This document shows positions 50,452-63,744 of a stretch of 64,000 bases of DNA, piece after piece. Origin of the DNA: Phallusia mammillata (taxonomy: Eukaryota); contig OZ281500.1 in the NCBI GenBank assembly GCA_965637545.1, forward strand, positions 20,646,001 to 20,710,000, in the 5' to 3' direction. A program made the translations under genes and the position numbers. The notes under the pieces were generated by a model, which saw only the letters and a list, made by a program, of their open reading frames with translations, had not been told where the DNA came from and searched no databases. Every line of letters begins with the position of its first letter. The first letter of the stretch is position 1.

Positions 50452-51665
50452 CTAGGTTCTTGGTTCAGGCCTATTTAAGTTTGGAAACTTGGCAACAATA
50501 TTGTGGACGAATTGTGGGCCTTTGTGTTGCAACAGGAATTCACACCTATTAAAAGATCTGGGTAATTTTTATTCAGGGGAAAGTGTTTAAAATGAACTTA
50601 CGTTGGAAACCATTTGGCATGTTCACTCCATGGATCATCATTCCTATGCCAGTTCTGCAAACCACCGTTGCAGTACCAACATTTTACCCGATCTCTTTCA
50701 CCTGTTTACGTTTAAAAATACATAAATCACGTTTGTTGGTGCTAGAGTCAAACTTACCAAGGTAAAATAGTCCAGCCTCTGCCATCTGCTTTGGAGTTGC
50801 TCGAATCCTGTGTGAAGGCCAGTTGTGGTGATTTTTAATGAAGGTTTGCTCACGGGATTTTACATCCCGCATTGCCGGATTTCGAGGTTCCAAACAAGGA
50901 AAAAGATTCCCAGAATCGCGGGAGCTGTGGGGAACTGGGATGAAAATAGAAAATGGACACAGTTTCGTTAGGAATTGCGCCAATATCACAAAAGATGTGG
51001 CGCAAATAAACCTCGCGCAGAGGCGGGTTGATTGCCATCTTCACGAGTCAGTTCTTGTGCTCCAGGTTGTATTTCAACAGACTGCGTGGGAAGTCTCCCA
51101 TGATCAGTGGGTGAAGAAGCAGGTATTGGACGTAATTGGCGAAATAATGCGTCTGAAAAAGATTTAAAAAGCAAGCAAGCTAGACACACCAAGTATGGTA
51201 ATTTAAACGTCGTACTTAGCGGTACGTTAGTTTCATCAACTCCATTTGCAAAGTCGCAATCATTTTGGTGCCAGCGTCGATCTGCTGGGTTGTCGCTTGC
51301 AATCCAATCCTGTACGCATTGGCCGCAGCTAAAATCACAACTTGTATAGTAAATGAAAATAAATGTGTACAACTGTAAACTGCACCTGAAACATTTGACT
51401 CTGTCCTTGTAACCAGTGTAATAAAATCCGTTTTCTGCCAACTGATATGGATTTTGTACATTGCTTCTAGAAAACTTCAAAAACGTTGAAACTCGGTATG
51501 ATTCGCGTTCCTTGTTTCCTGCTCGAATATGAGGTTTAAAATGTTATTTCGGACATTCTGTCTAATATAACTTGTTGAACCTGGTGGTATGTAGAAGCTC
51601 TTTTGACCTGGCGCATCACTACCAAGCGAAATATTACGACCATCTGTTACAATTTGGTCGTCCAT
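50452..51665 (-). CDS. IAP-7: BIR-BIR only (no UBA, no RING)
   Basis: [10 protein letters not shown]...YIPPG|[13 protein letters not shown]...[15 protein letters not shown]|CGQCVQDW...WHQNDC|linker with an extra 77-nt intron (50935-51011)|...AGLFYLG|[17 protein letters not shown]...EHAKWFPT|[30 protein letters not shown]. Confidence 0.85.
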
Positions 51666-51915
51666 TGTGCTTTGGTTTGATCGATAAGTTTCGGATATTG
51701 CAGTACACCGTACAGTGCAGTATTGAATCTCCACTGACACTGGTTATTTGTAATGTTGGAAGTGATTGCGTGGAGCATTTTATAGTTGAAATTACGCCCA
51801 AATGGTGCAAGCTGTTACTTCAGGTGATGTAATCGAGAGAGTTTAAAAAAGAAAAAAGCAAGCGAGAAACGAGAGCGTAAGTGAAAAACGCCGCGTCATT
51901 GTCACATGACGAGTT

Positions 51916-51927
51916 GGGGACTTCCCC
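51916..51927. promoter_or_regulatory. NF-kB-like site GGGGACTTCCCC upstream of IAP-7
   Basis: Matches GGGRNNYYCC; ~250 bp upstream of the ATG at 51665. Confidence 0.4.
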
Positions 51928-52571
51928 TTTAAGGCCACGTTGAAAACAAATTTTCCTGTGAGATTTTGGAAAGTATTCCTGTACTGGAATTGATTTTTTC
52001 CCCAATACTCACAAAATGTTTATGCTTTTCATCCATGTAGTAATGTATTTGTTTCATGTATGCAAACCATAGCATTCGTACAACAATGGACACTTATTTA
52101 CACATATTTCATTCAAGACACAATTTTATTGCGAATACATCACTCCGTTTAATTAACCACAAAATAAATGGAAGCATGCAAGGTAAGATATTTCGATATG
52201 GTACAATCTTTACAGTCAGCTGACATTACCCTGGCAACATCTAAACAAATAATAAACGCCACAGAGTCAGCAAAACAAGACTATAGCGTCAGCACAAAAG
52301 ATTACGTGTTAGCAAATAAAGCACAAATAACTTGTGTACAAACAATTACGTCATGAAACTGAATCAGCACGAAATAAAAGATTTAAATGGATATTGCTGA
52401 TTATGAAAACGAAAGTGCAAGAGGTTTTTATGGCCTTGGTAGCAAGTAAATACACTTCTAAAAACAACAACACTGCACATTCGGGATATTTTATTACTCA
52501 TGATTATGAACACAATAGGCGAATAAGCACAACAGATCATTAAAACATACAGTATACAAAGTAAATTCTCG

Positions 52572-55500
52572 TCATAACTCGGTTTTCTGGTTCGAAGCTT
52601 CGACCGAATCTTCTTTTCCGCGACCCCACGACTTTCTAAAAACAAAAGAAAAAAAATTGGACATTAGTTTCTTAAAATATATATTTCGCTAAGTGAAAGT
52701 GTTATGCCGAAATGACAAATATAAATAAAGCTACCTGATATTGGCGTTCCAAGAATCGATGTATTCCATCTCGTTGGCCAGTTGCCTAATATCAGGGCGT
52801 CCAAAAACTATGTTTCTGATGCTGTATACGGCCAGAAGATAGCTGTAAAAGTTAAGGCAAAAACTGTTAATAGCCATCAACCAAAGTCAGAAACTGTTTT
52901 TAGCATTTTCCAAGAAAGATTGTTTGGACACGGCCTTTTTCAGTAGCAAAAACAACATGATGCTTGTTTTCATCTATACAGCTTGAGGAAAAACTAGCAA
53001 ATTTATGCCGATATAGTTCACGGCATCTGCAAGACACTAGGTATGTTAGTTTCATTGTGGCAATTTTTTGACACGAGAAATCGTATTAATTTGTGAAGAT
53101 GTATTTTTATGAAAAGTACAGATCACCTTCGCCTAAAAACGCCAATTTTCTTCAGAGCAAACAAAGCTGCTTTTTCGCCAAAACTTCGCTGAGTTTCTTC
53201 TTTTCTTTTGGTCCTCTCCATCTCTTGGCGTTGAAATTCGTCAACTACCCTTTAAAAGTATACATACCTATCCATGTCAAAGCGGCAACACAAAACACAG
53301 CATAAATTACCGTGGCAAAAAAGGGGAGGGTAGCCACTATATACATATAGAAGGTGTGAAAGGGTATCAAGGCCCACTGCTTACGTTTTAAGGGCATAAA
53401 AATATGTTTTATCTAGTCATAAAATATAACGATCCGTAAGGTATGCGATATGTTTGTTTTGCATGATAGCTGTCCAGTTGTGTGGAATAGGTCATAGATG
53501 GGCCTTTCTTACATGCATGAACCTCTACATGAAGGGAGTTTACATGCACACATTCATTGCATTCTATACTATATCGACGCGCCATTAGTTTACATGAACA
53601 GACAGACCACTTCCGTTCAAACAAAGCTAAGTTAATCAAATCAGATAGTCGGGCTTCAACACGTGACAAACGTCAGCTGTGCGTAAACTTACATCTCATC
53701 CGCTGCATCGTCGTCATTTCCTTGCGGGGAAATCCATGGAATGGCTGAAAAAATACGTCATCAGTTTATTTCAAAAATGGCGGCAAAAATGTATAGTTAT
53801 CAAACTTATGTCTTGACTTTTTACAATCAATAACAGTAAAGGTATTTTATTCGCACGCTGCCATGAATCACAACCCACATTTTTTTCAGTAATTCTAACT
53901 ACTAGTATCACCGAACCAGAGGTGAAACTGCGTTTTGGGTCCAAAATTTAGGTATAAAGCAAGCCTGAAGTGAAAATACAAACCCGAAACCAATAATGAC
54001 CTAGCATTCAACACAAAGCCCAAAGTCAGCCCAAAAATTTTGGTAAGAAAACATTTGCGACAAACAAATAATGTCGATTGTGAACTCAAGCTCGTTTTAT
54101 TCAAATAAAAGTCAAACCAGAATCGAAAATCCACAATGTCCGGAGACCTATAGTTTAGGTTGCTGTCATATGATCGCTTGTTATGGTTGTGATCACATAC
54201 AATCGTCGTCAGAAAATAGCAAGTATGGGTTGTTGAAAACGAACCGAAACCTCACAACTGCTTGTAGACAATTCACATACTGGTGTAAGTTGTTTAAGCA
54301 CCAGGGGCTTTTTGAGTGAACGTGACGAAAGATTACAGACCATTATGAGCTCATTACCAAAACCTTGATATGCACATACATGCGAATTGTCACGTAAAAT
54401 CCACCGCTGGACAAACCTGGACTCTCAGCAGAGTTGACCTTCTTTCTCAAGTCCTTCACCTTTTCGTTTAGCGCAGCAGCCGTGGTGTTCTCATACGTGT
54501 AAAAATAGCAGGATGGTGTTTTGGACGTGGTGAGAACGGTGTGGAATTCGCCAGCGGGAACCTTTAAGAACGGTTGGGTTTTTACCTGTTTTGGATTTCG
54601 TTCAAGAAATCAACCTTTACCCGAATTTTTTCGCCTGCTTTCAGAGTGACTTCATCACCAGCCTGAGCGTCGAACTTTACCGAAACTTCGCCCTGAAGCA
54701 CTTCCAGTGACGCGTTACCGAAATCTTCCTGCACGAAGTTGTTCAGAGACATACCTGTCAGAGCAAAGTTTTTCGCCTTTACATCTATGTATACAGTTTA
54801 CATTTGGATTTTTTGTTTGACTGTTTGTAGTTTACCATTGTGCAACCCACATAGTTTCAATGTGTTACTCTATAGTTTCAATGGGAAATGCACTTTCTCT
54901 TGATTTCACTGCACTCACTACAGCGTGGGTCTTCAATTTCAATAGTATGTTTGCTCCGAGCTTAATTATTTTTTCATATGGTATTGACAAAACCAATAAA
55001 ATTATTAACTAAAGGTTGTCATTAAACTAAAAAAAGTGTATTTTCACAAATAGTTATAAAACATAGGTATACTGGATTGGTTTGGTACCTGGAAAATCAG
55101 CCACAAAAACAACATCAATGGTTTGATTCCTGTATTCCTGTTTAAGTGATCGCAACTTAGTTCTCCAATCACTCAGTTCTGACAAAACAGGCAATACAAA
55201 CTTAGGCTTTTTGAATGGTGACCAATCATAACCCGCCAACTCCACAGAGGGATCAAAAACCCTGCGAATAAAGTATTAATTTTTTTCAGCAACTTAAACT
55301 AATAGCAAAAAAAGTTGCCACTAGTTCTGCAAAATACCTTTGCTGAAATCTTCCATTCATTGATTTCCATACATCAAAATATATTTCAGGCTTATCGATG
55401 CCAAGGTCAATCAACCTTTCTCTGACACAACGAGCATATTGAATAGCCATGTCTGGATGCACAGACCATCTGCTCTTCTTGGCCGATAACACGAAAACCT

Positions 55501-58414
55501 TAACAACAGAACATATTGAAGGCAACTGCAACTATAAACATTAGAGTTGTTTAACTTACCCCAGGCCTGAGGAAGCCCTCTTTTCCACTGCTATCTTTAT
55601 ACATTACTTTAATATGTTGATTTGCAAATGAGTGTACCATCATGTCCCAGCTGTAACCATAGGGCCCCTGTGTCCAGCCATTATACCCCTGAAACAGAAT
55701 TCATCAGTTAATGCATATGACAAAAAGAACAATGTTGAAGCACTGAAATTTACCTTAGTGATAAAATGAGAGTAAGGCAGAAATAATTGTTCCGATATGT
55801 AGCTGAGAGTTAGAAACGTAACAAGAACATGCTTCCACCTATGATGTCAACACAACATTAGGCCAAATGTACAATATTGGTAGGTCTTTTCACCAATAAA
55901 CTAAAGAAAAGCACCTTGTTTTGATTTGTTCCCCCTTTTTGGGCTCATAAATGCATGATGGGTTTTGTTTTGCACTGGCAGTATCAAAAATATTGCAGCA
56001 AATATTAAAACTATTTAAAAACTGCTTGAAGGTGTCACAATGGCAAAACACAAACATTGTAGCAAGCATTGCATAAGGAAACATACCTAGAATAAACACA
56101 TAAATTTTAGGCAGTATAGGAACTACATGTTAATTTAAACAGTTTAAATAAGATAAAAAACACCAACAAACAGGTAAAAAAATTAAGAAGATATGTGTCC
56201 TAATATGCCTAAAAAATTCACTACACAAAAGTATTAGTAGTGGATGCTGTTTAAGGTCAACAATTAGGAATCGTCTTACCAATTCGAAACAGCTGAGAAT
56301 TCATGCAATGGAAACTGCCACACATTAAAAATCCAAGCCATCGTGTTTTATCAAAAAACAGTATGAAACCCACAGAAAAGTCAAGTATAAATCCTCCAAG
56401 ATGTACAATGACATAATCCATTGTAGAATCAGACAAAACCAACCTAAACAATCAAATGACAAAAGTTGAACTAATGTTCAAAACCCAATCCTAAATGTGT
56501 GGGTATATTTAAGTAAAACCCTTTTACTGCCATAAACTTTGTAGCATAAGGATTACAGGCAGGTTCCAAAATCAAAAAATTCTGTAAGACCTTTTATGCA
56601 GATACAACAATCTAAAATACCCACCTGATGGGATCAAACACCCAATGTGCTGATAACCTTTGCATTGAGTAGCCAAGCAGCCAATCGGATTCAGTTTTCT
56701 TCAAACCAGCATAGAAATATACAAGAAAAATCTGCAATCAATAAGATGCTTTAAAATAAAAAGGTATTTCCATGACAGTTGTTTTTTTACATTGAGTTAC
56801 AAACCTGAAATCTAAGTAAAGTGTAATTCCACAGAGGAACATGGGTGTTTTGAATTGATTTCCGGAAATACCCATCAACAGACCTAAAATGAAAAAGTAT
56901 GATTGCAATAGCACCACTACAAACCCATTCCTTCTTGACATAAAAAAATAGTTTTAAATGTACCATGTGTACTCTATAACAAGTATAAAAATCGTACATG
57001 TATCTGTGTCCATCTGTCAACAGAAACAGAATGCTCAAAAGACCATAAAGGTAGGAATGATTGTTCCAGACAGACTTGTCCAGCATAAAAAAGTACCAAT
57101 ATACAAGTGCAAAGCAAAAACAGCTGATTCTGTACATAAAACCAAGTGCGATCCCACAAGCACCTATAAAAACATGCTTTTCGTTAGGATGTAGAACTTC
57201 CTATTAGTATAACACATAACTAGGACAGCTATTGTTTTATGTTTAGCTGAAATGTTTTATAAAACAGCTTGTTTAACATAAAATATATTATCATTTGAAC
57301 AACAAGAACATGAAAAGGTAATATAGATATATACAACAACACAGTAACACACTTACAAAGAAACAAAACAGCATAAAGTGCAGCCATGTAATCATAGCTT
57401 AAAGGTTTAAGAGAATGAATATAAGGAAATCTGCACAGGTCCTCTGTGCCCTCTCCATATCTCGCATCCACATGAACCATTCCTCTCTCCTGGGGAATGT
57501 CAATCATCATCAATATTCCTGTTCAGAAAACACACAATTTGTTTTATTACAGCACCTAATGTTTAATTTTTCAGTACTTTACAACGATGAACAGTCCAGT
57601 TGTCATTGCTTTACAAAGGCAAATCAATAATTCAAAACACATTAATTGCTAGTTGAAAAATGTATAAAAATTGTTTCGAACAGCAAGTGTTTTTCTGCAA
57701 TTACTGTATAGCTAAAAGCCCTGTATGAGTTTAGTGCAGTGGTTTTCAAACTTTTTTTTATTGTGACGCCCCTGGACAAGTTTTCTGGACTTGCGACGCA
57801 CCAGCAAATAAAAGTTAATGAGGAAACTTATTATTAAAGTTATGTTTATTGATACAACAACAAAATGCCACGAAACGGAACTATTCTGCGACGCCCTAGG
57901 AAAATTAAAACGACGCACCAGGGCGTCGCGACACACAGTTTGAGAACCACTGGTTTAGTGTCTTTCAACCAACTTCAAATGCCACTCAATCAATGCTTCA
58001 GTTGTGGCAGTACATTTTTAAACAAGTTCTTTGGTAAACATATCAATACTTGTTTCCAACAAAGATGACCGAACCCCTTAAACTATTGTTTGGAGTAGAA
58101 GCAGTAACATAATATTGACATGTAAATATACACAACACTAACATGTTTAACTATACATCAAGAAAAAATTGTAAAACTAATGCCATAAATGTCAAAGTTT
58201 TAGAATAACAAGTCATACAATGCAATCAGAAAAGAATGTTTAAATTGGCTGCATGTGGTTTTTACTAGGGGTGTTGCAAAACACACTTACCATAAGCGAT
58301 TCTTGCATAAGCTAAAATAGAGGCATCTCGGGGCTTATTGAGCAAAATAACCAAGCTTTTCCACGATAATAGTTCCCTAGGATTAAATCCAAACAGTTCT
58401 TTCATTTGCGTCAT
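52572..58414 (-). CDS. GGCX: Vitamin K-dependent gamma-glutamyl carboxylase (multi-exon)
   Basis: Exons encode [99 protein letters not shown] and FRRSY...IRNIVFGRP, ending QKTEL*. The start codon is uncertain because the ORF is open up to 58612. Confidence 0.96.
57737..57952. mobile_element. Buster/Charlie-type hAT MITE in GGCX intron 1
   Basis: TIRs CAGTGGTTTTCAAAC / GTTTGAGAACCACTG; perfect TSD gtttagtg. Confidence 0.9.
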
Positions 58415-59230
58415 GATTCCAAGTGCAACCACAGCAGGAAAATACCGACTGTCACAGTTGTTTCCTTGCTGGTACTTTTTGTCTGTTCTCCACAGTAGGC
58501 GAAAACGCCGCAAGCAAAATCTTCCCACTGGGGAAAACCCTCCGCGGTTTTTCTTTTCTTGAAGTCGATTACCCTCAGCAACGATTTTGCAAATAACTTT
58601 GGACTTTAGCACGAAAACACTTTATTACAAGAAAACAGATTTCTGCCTTGGTACACTTAAAACAGCAACTGTATTCCTTTGTTAAAAACTGTGCGCTAAT
58701 ATTTTTTTGTTAAAAACGAGATTCACACCAGACGCGGTTGGCGGACAGCGACGCGTTTTTGCGTTCAATGGCAAGCGACGAGGTATTCACACCAGTCAAC
58801 GTCTTGCTCTTGCGGGGCGTCATCGACTGATGCATTTACCGCTTTTCCAATATTTGTGACGTCGCCCTTGATCGACGTTTTGATGGGAAAATTTTGTATG
58901 TTTTACACATATACTTTTTCACGGGTTTTGCGAGTTGGTCCTACTTCTAAATCAGGTCACTCCACCATGTCGACGTGCCAACCATTGCGGTTGATCTCTC
59001 GATAAATGGCGGTGCAGCAAGACGAGCAAACCGACACCGATTTATTTTTCAATAGACGCCTGATAAAAGATCATACCTGAAAATAGACGCCTGATAAAAG
59101 ATCATTCCTGTGTACTTACGTCAATTTTTCCATTAGATAACTCGTGTGTTTGTTGATGTTTTTTGTTTATCTTTTTTCCAATATAGGCTAGGCTACTCCT
59201 TCAGGAGTGTGGCTGTGGATACTTGTACAA

Positions 59231-60026
59231 CAGTGGTTCCCAACCTTTTTGAACTTGCGGCACCCTATCAAAGAGATAAATAGTTTGCGGCACCCTGGCA
59301 AAACTGGATCAATTTTATGAGGCTTCTGTATTTCAAATAACTGTATGAAACAACACAGAATGAGTTGTACAGTATAGCGCGTGTAAATAAATGTATTTAT
59401 TCAAAAGTCAGTGTGAAATTTGGGCCTGACTTCTTGCACAAAGTACCATAATATGTGAAGGTACATTCGATAAAACCACCCGCATTTCTTCCTCAACTAT
59501 AAGTAGTCGTTCTCGTTTTTTAGTTTTTATATTCGTTAATACGGAAAATTCACTCTCACATGGGTATGACGAGGAAAACTGCAACAAAAGCACAATAGCT
59601 TTCTTTCCAACGCAAAGATGTTCATTTTCAATTTTTATGCGCGTCGAGAGGCATCTGCTTGTGCATCAGCTTAAAATTTCCATCGTTACGCTTAAATTTT
59701 CCATCGCTATGCTATTCAAACTTGTTTATGGAAAGAAACGCAACGAGTCGAAACCTCTTTCACTCTGTTTTTTTCCTGGGCGAGAAAACAAACGCTTACC
59801 GCGAAGTATAAACTTACCGCCAGCGACTTCCCCACGAAGCGAATTTCCAGAATGGAGCTGGGAAATTTGCGAGACGCGAAGCTTAATACACACTGAAACT
59901 CGGTTAGAAATAAATGCCGCACTTAACGGGTGAAAGTTGAAGTAAAGAATGGGTCGCAGTATTGCAACATCAATATCTCGCGGCACCCCTGAGCATTGCA
60001 ATTGGCACCCCGGTTGGGAACCACTG
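59231..60026 (-). mobile_element. Internally deleted Buster/Charlie hAT transposon with C-terminal transposase remnant
   Basis: Perfect 15-bp TIRs CAGTGGTTCCCAACC; flanks ttgtacaa / ctgtacaa. 59408-59640 on the minus strand reads KKAIVLLLQFSSSYPCESEFSVLTNIKTKKRERL...LCARSQAQISH*, resembling the hAT dimerisation domain. Confidence 0.88.
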
Positions 60027-60757
60027 CTGTACAACAAAAGTATGTGAGTTTTGGTTACACACATTTCGATAGTCACCTTGCTTCCCCAATTCGTTGAAAA
60101 TTGTCTTCATTTCGTCGATTCTGAAAACCAAAAAATATGTGTCAGTTCAGGAATAACAAACAGCCCGTTCCGCGTTTTTCGATGTCTTCATCATGCGAAA
60201 ATTTCCAACGTAAACAGAAACAGTGTTGTATGTTTGTTCCTCCATTAAACAAACCTCCACCTGGTTTTCCGATTTTTTTATTTCAGTGGATCAACATAAC
60301 TCATTGCTAATTCGCTAATGTGTGTCTGACTGTCTTGACGATAGCGACCCAAAAGCTACACCACCTGCCTTCAATCGCATAATGCACACTAAAACTGACT
60401 GCTCGCGCCGCGTCGAGAAAAGATTGTAATACTGTAGCCTGCCACATACCCACAACACACCATTATTTTTAACTCAGTTTTATTAGGTTTAAAAAAATAA
60501 ATATTGAACTCTAAAAAAAGAGGAACGCATTTTATATCACAACTGTTTCCTCTTACAAGAAAATACTATGTAAATTCATTAGAAAGGCTCGGTTCTAATT
60601 AACTTCTTGTGTTTACGTTATGGTTCGAAATTCCAAGTAGTATATTTAACTAGCTTTGATTCAAACACTTGAATGAACAAAAAAGTTAAAACATGTGAAA
60701 TAACTGGACGCAATATAACATTAACAACGTCAGTTTTTTAATTTCCAATCTGAATAA

Positions 60758-61245
60758 TGTTGGCACCAGGGTTAGTTGCGGTCATCTTTTTAAAATTTTC
60801 TTTTTCGCCACCCAAATTAGTTGTGGTCAACGTTTTATACACGACCAATATTCATTTTTCCATCAATATTACTTGTGATCAAAATTGAAATGTATAGTCA
60901 CTGTTGCCACCAAAGTTAGTCGTGGTCAACGTTTAATGCAGGACCAACATTCATATTTTCATCCATATTAGGCCTACTTGTGGCCAAACTTTAAGTCTAT
61001 AGTCACTGTTGCCACCAAAGTTAGTTGTGGCCAATGTTTATTATATGACCAACATTCGTATTTCCATCAATATTACTTGCGGCTAAAGTTTAAATCTATA
61101 GTCATGGTTGCCACCCTATCTAGCGGTGGTCAACGTTTGGAAATTCAACGTCAATGTTTAAAATATAACACATGTTGCCACCCAAACTAGTTGTGGTTAA
61201 CGTTTAAAATTTTCGAATGTTGCCACCAATGTTGGTTGTGTTCAA
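60758..61245. repeat. Degenerate tandem array of a ~30-bp quasi-palindrome in ~100-bp units
   Basis: Core GTTGCCACC-N-TAGTTGTGGTCAACGTTT at ~60759, 60805, 60903, 61008, 61107, 61174 and 61219. Confidence 0.8.
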
Positions 61246-63744
61246 CTTAAATGTGTGGTTCTTGACACATTATACTTGTAATACTGTACCAGAAATCCAT
61301 CTTCCTTCGTTCATCTGGTATAAAAGTGGTTGTTCATCTTCTTCAGTGCAATTTGCACCTCACTTTATATAATATGTAACACACAGACATAACCACACAA
61401 ACATACCAGTGGGTCGCTATCGTCCTGTGCGCACCTATAATGCCGCCGCAACTAGACAACAAACGATAACAAAAAACAAAAAATCTGCTTTCTTGCCTGA
61501 CTGTCTGCTTTCTCTCCCCAAACATAGCCTATGATAACAAAAGCTGAGGCGATAACGTCCGACCGTCGAAACTTTCCCAAAGTAAAGTTATGAAACAAAC
61601 TTTGCTTTGAGGTAGCTTACCGGGCCAAGCCAACAATAAATGCGACATTTGTGTAGTAATACATCAGTCAAGAAATAATAATAATAATTCACACATGGTA
61701 AATAAAATAGTAAACACCAAACAGCTCAAAAACCCATAAAACAACCTTCAAAAAATGAGAAAGTCCTGCGAAACAAACTGAGGGTTTGACCATAGGTAAA
61801 CGGTACAACAAGAATGTTTTGTGCATCTGCATAGCATCGCAACCCAACCACAGTCGAGGGTCTTCCTAATGAAGAATCAACTGATAGTGGATCGTTCAAC
61901 CGATACAGATGCACGGCACTGACAGAACAGTGCGACACCAAGCGACAGATCCCTACGTTTAGTATGCGCTGATCTAGAGTTGAAAGTGATGGCAGTGCCC
62001 AGGAGAAAGCCACGTTTAAGTGCGAACAACAAACCAACATACAGGCACTGCCAAATCAAAATCATCATCAGAGACAGACCCACCCAAGGTATGACAGTTT
62101 AAGCATGAAAATGGGGGAATAACACTCTTAAGGTATTTTTAGCCGGCGTGCTCGCGAACCGTTCCTCTCCACTCTCCAACCGGCTCGTTTGTCCGACGGA
62201 TAGCGAAGTTTACTAGGAACGCCTGCACCGGTACCCATCTCCGGTGGAATTTTAACCCCTTAGGGGCCTGGGTGGGTGACGGCGACGAATTTCTAAACCT
62301 AGGTTTAGAGGTAAAGTTATTTAGCCACGCGCCACGCCTAACTAGAACGATAACTTTTGGGGATAGTGGCACGCAAATCCCATGCTCCATTCTGTCTACT
62401 CTACCCCTAGTTATCGGTGCTACAAGTATCTACACCATGGCGTAACCTAATTTGTAGCACCAAAAAAACAAAAACAACCGGACCTTCAATTCGCTGGACC
62501 ATACAATGACGAATGAAGGCCGCAACGCAAGTTAACCTAAAGCTATTGCCTAGAAAAAAATGTCGCATTCATTGTTGACTATAACGCGACCGCGTCTCCT
62601 ATAGTTAACATCACTTTGTTCTGAGGATATCCATGATTCGCATAATCTCGAAGTGTCGATGACTTTTGATTTGTTGGATCTGAAACGAAAAACAACTAGT
62701 TGGTTATAGTTGCTGTTATTTTAGTTTAAAAATATCTACCCAGATTTTTTAATGTATGAACTGTTTCAAAATGATATTTCCTAACACGTGTTTAAAAACT
62801 ATTAGTTTCCGAAGTGCAGAGTTCTGTTTTTCGCTCACCACAAACTCTGTAGGAAAAAATCAAAATGCTGTCATATCTCAATCTTACACACATTACCTTG
62901 AGTTTTTTAGAGTTGCCGGATAAACGTGTTTTTTAGAGTTGTCGGATAAACATCAGCCACTTCCAGAGCTTCTATGCATTTGAACTGAAAAAGGTAGTAA
63001 TATAATCCACAAGTTAACGATAACGAAAAACTTAGCATAAAAAACACATATGCCACATCGATTCGTGTCAGCTTATAAGCAACTATAGTTGTCGAAAGAT
63101 TTGGAAATTAAAAGGTTATACGCAAACTATAGTTAAAAGTCCGAATTAACCTACAACATTCATGACAAAAGCGCCATTCATAATTTACATGAAGTCTAAC
63201 CTTTGATGCTTGCCATTGTTTTCGTAACAATGTAATCAACAACATACTTCATAAAATCGAATGTTTTGCTTTTGTAGACTGCAAAACAAAGCTTTGTTAA
63301 ATAAACAGACTTCGCATAACTGGTATGCTTGTAAACCAGTTGTTTTCAATTTCTCCAAAAAAGCACAACGAATACATTTAACAAAGTTAAGTTTATTGGT
63401 GGGATATCTTATTTGGCAATTTACGGTCAAGCACCAGTTTACAGGAAAAATACTCAAGTTATATAAATTAGCTGCAACTAAATTGACCGACACACGGTGT
63501 GGCATGTAAAAAATGTAAAAAGCAACACACAGTATCCAAGTTTCATTTACTAATTTAACCATATCTTTAAACAGCATTGGGTTTAAGTTACTTACCAATT
63601 TCTGAATGTTATGCAACTTCAACCAATAGTCCTGGGATAATTCGGAGTTTTACTTTAGCAACAATTTTAACAACCACCACTTACTTAAACAAATCGAAGT
63701 GCGCTTTAGCAATTAACCCTGCCTCGCCTTGCTTCGGCCGTGTG

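Noticed and set aside
53774-53784. YY1-like promoter motif AAAATGGCGGC
   Set aside because: It lies inside a GGCX intron next to a coding exon, with no other promoter evidence.
60758-61245. CRISPR-like repeat-spacer appearance
   Set aside because: The spacers are homologous to each other, the repeats are degenerate, the DNA is eukaryotic and there are no cas genes.
61740-62090. Plus-strand frame interrupted by a single TGA (selenoprotein or read-through idea)
   Set aside because: A TAG lies shortly upstream in the same frame, no homology is recognisable and no SECIS was seen.
62138-62400. HDV-like ribozyme, SRP RNA or RNase MRP RNA
   Set aside because: Only short word matches; the required helix order and spacing (P3/L3, SRP helices 5-8, MRP CR-I/CR-V) are absent.
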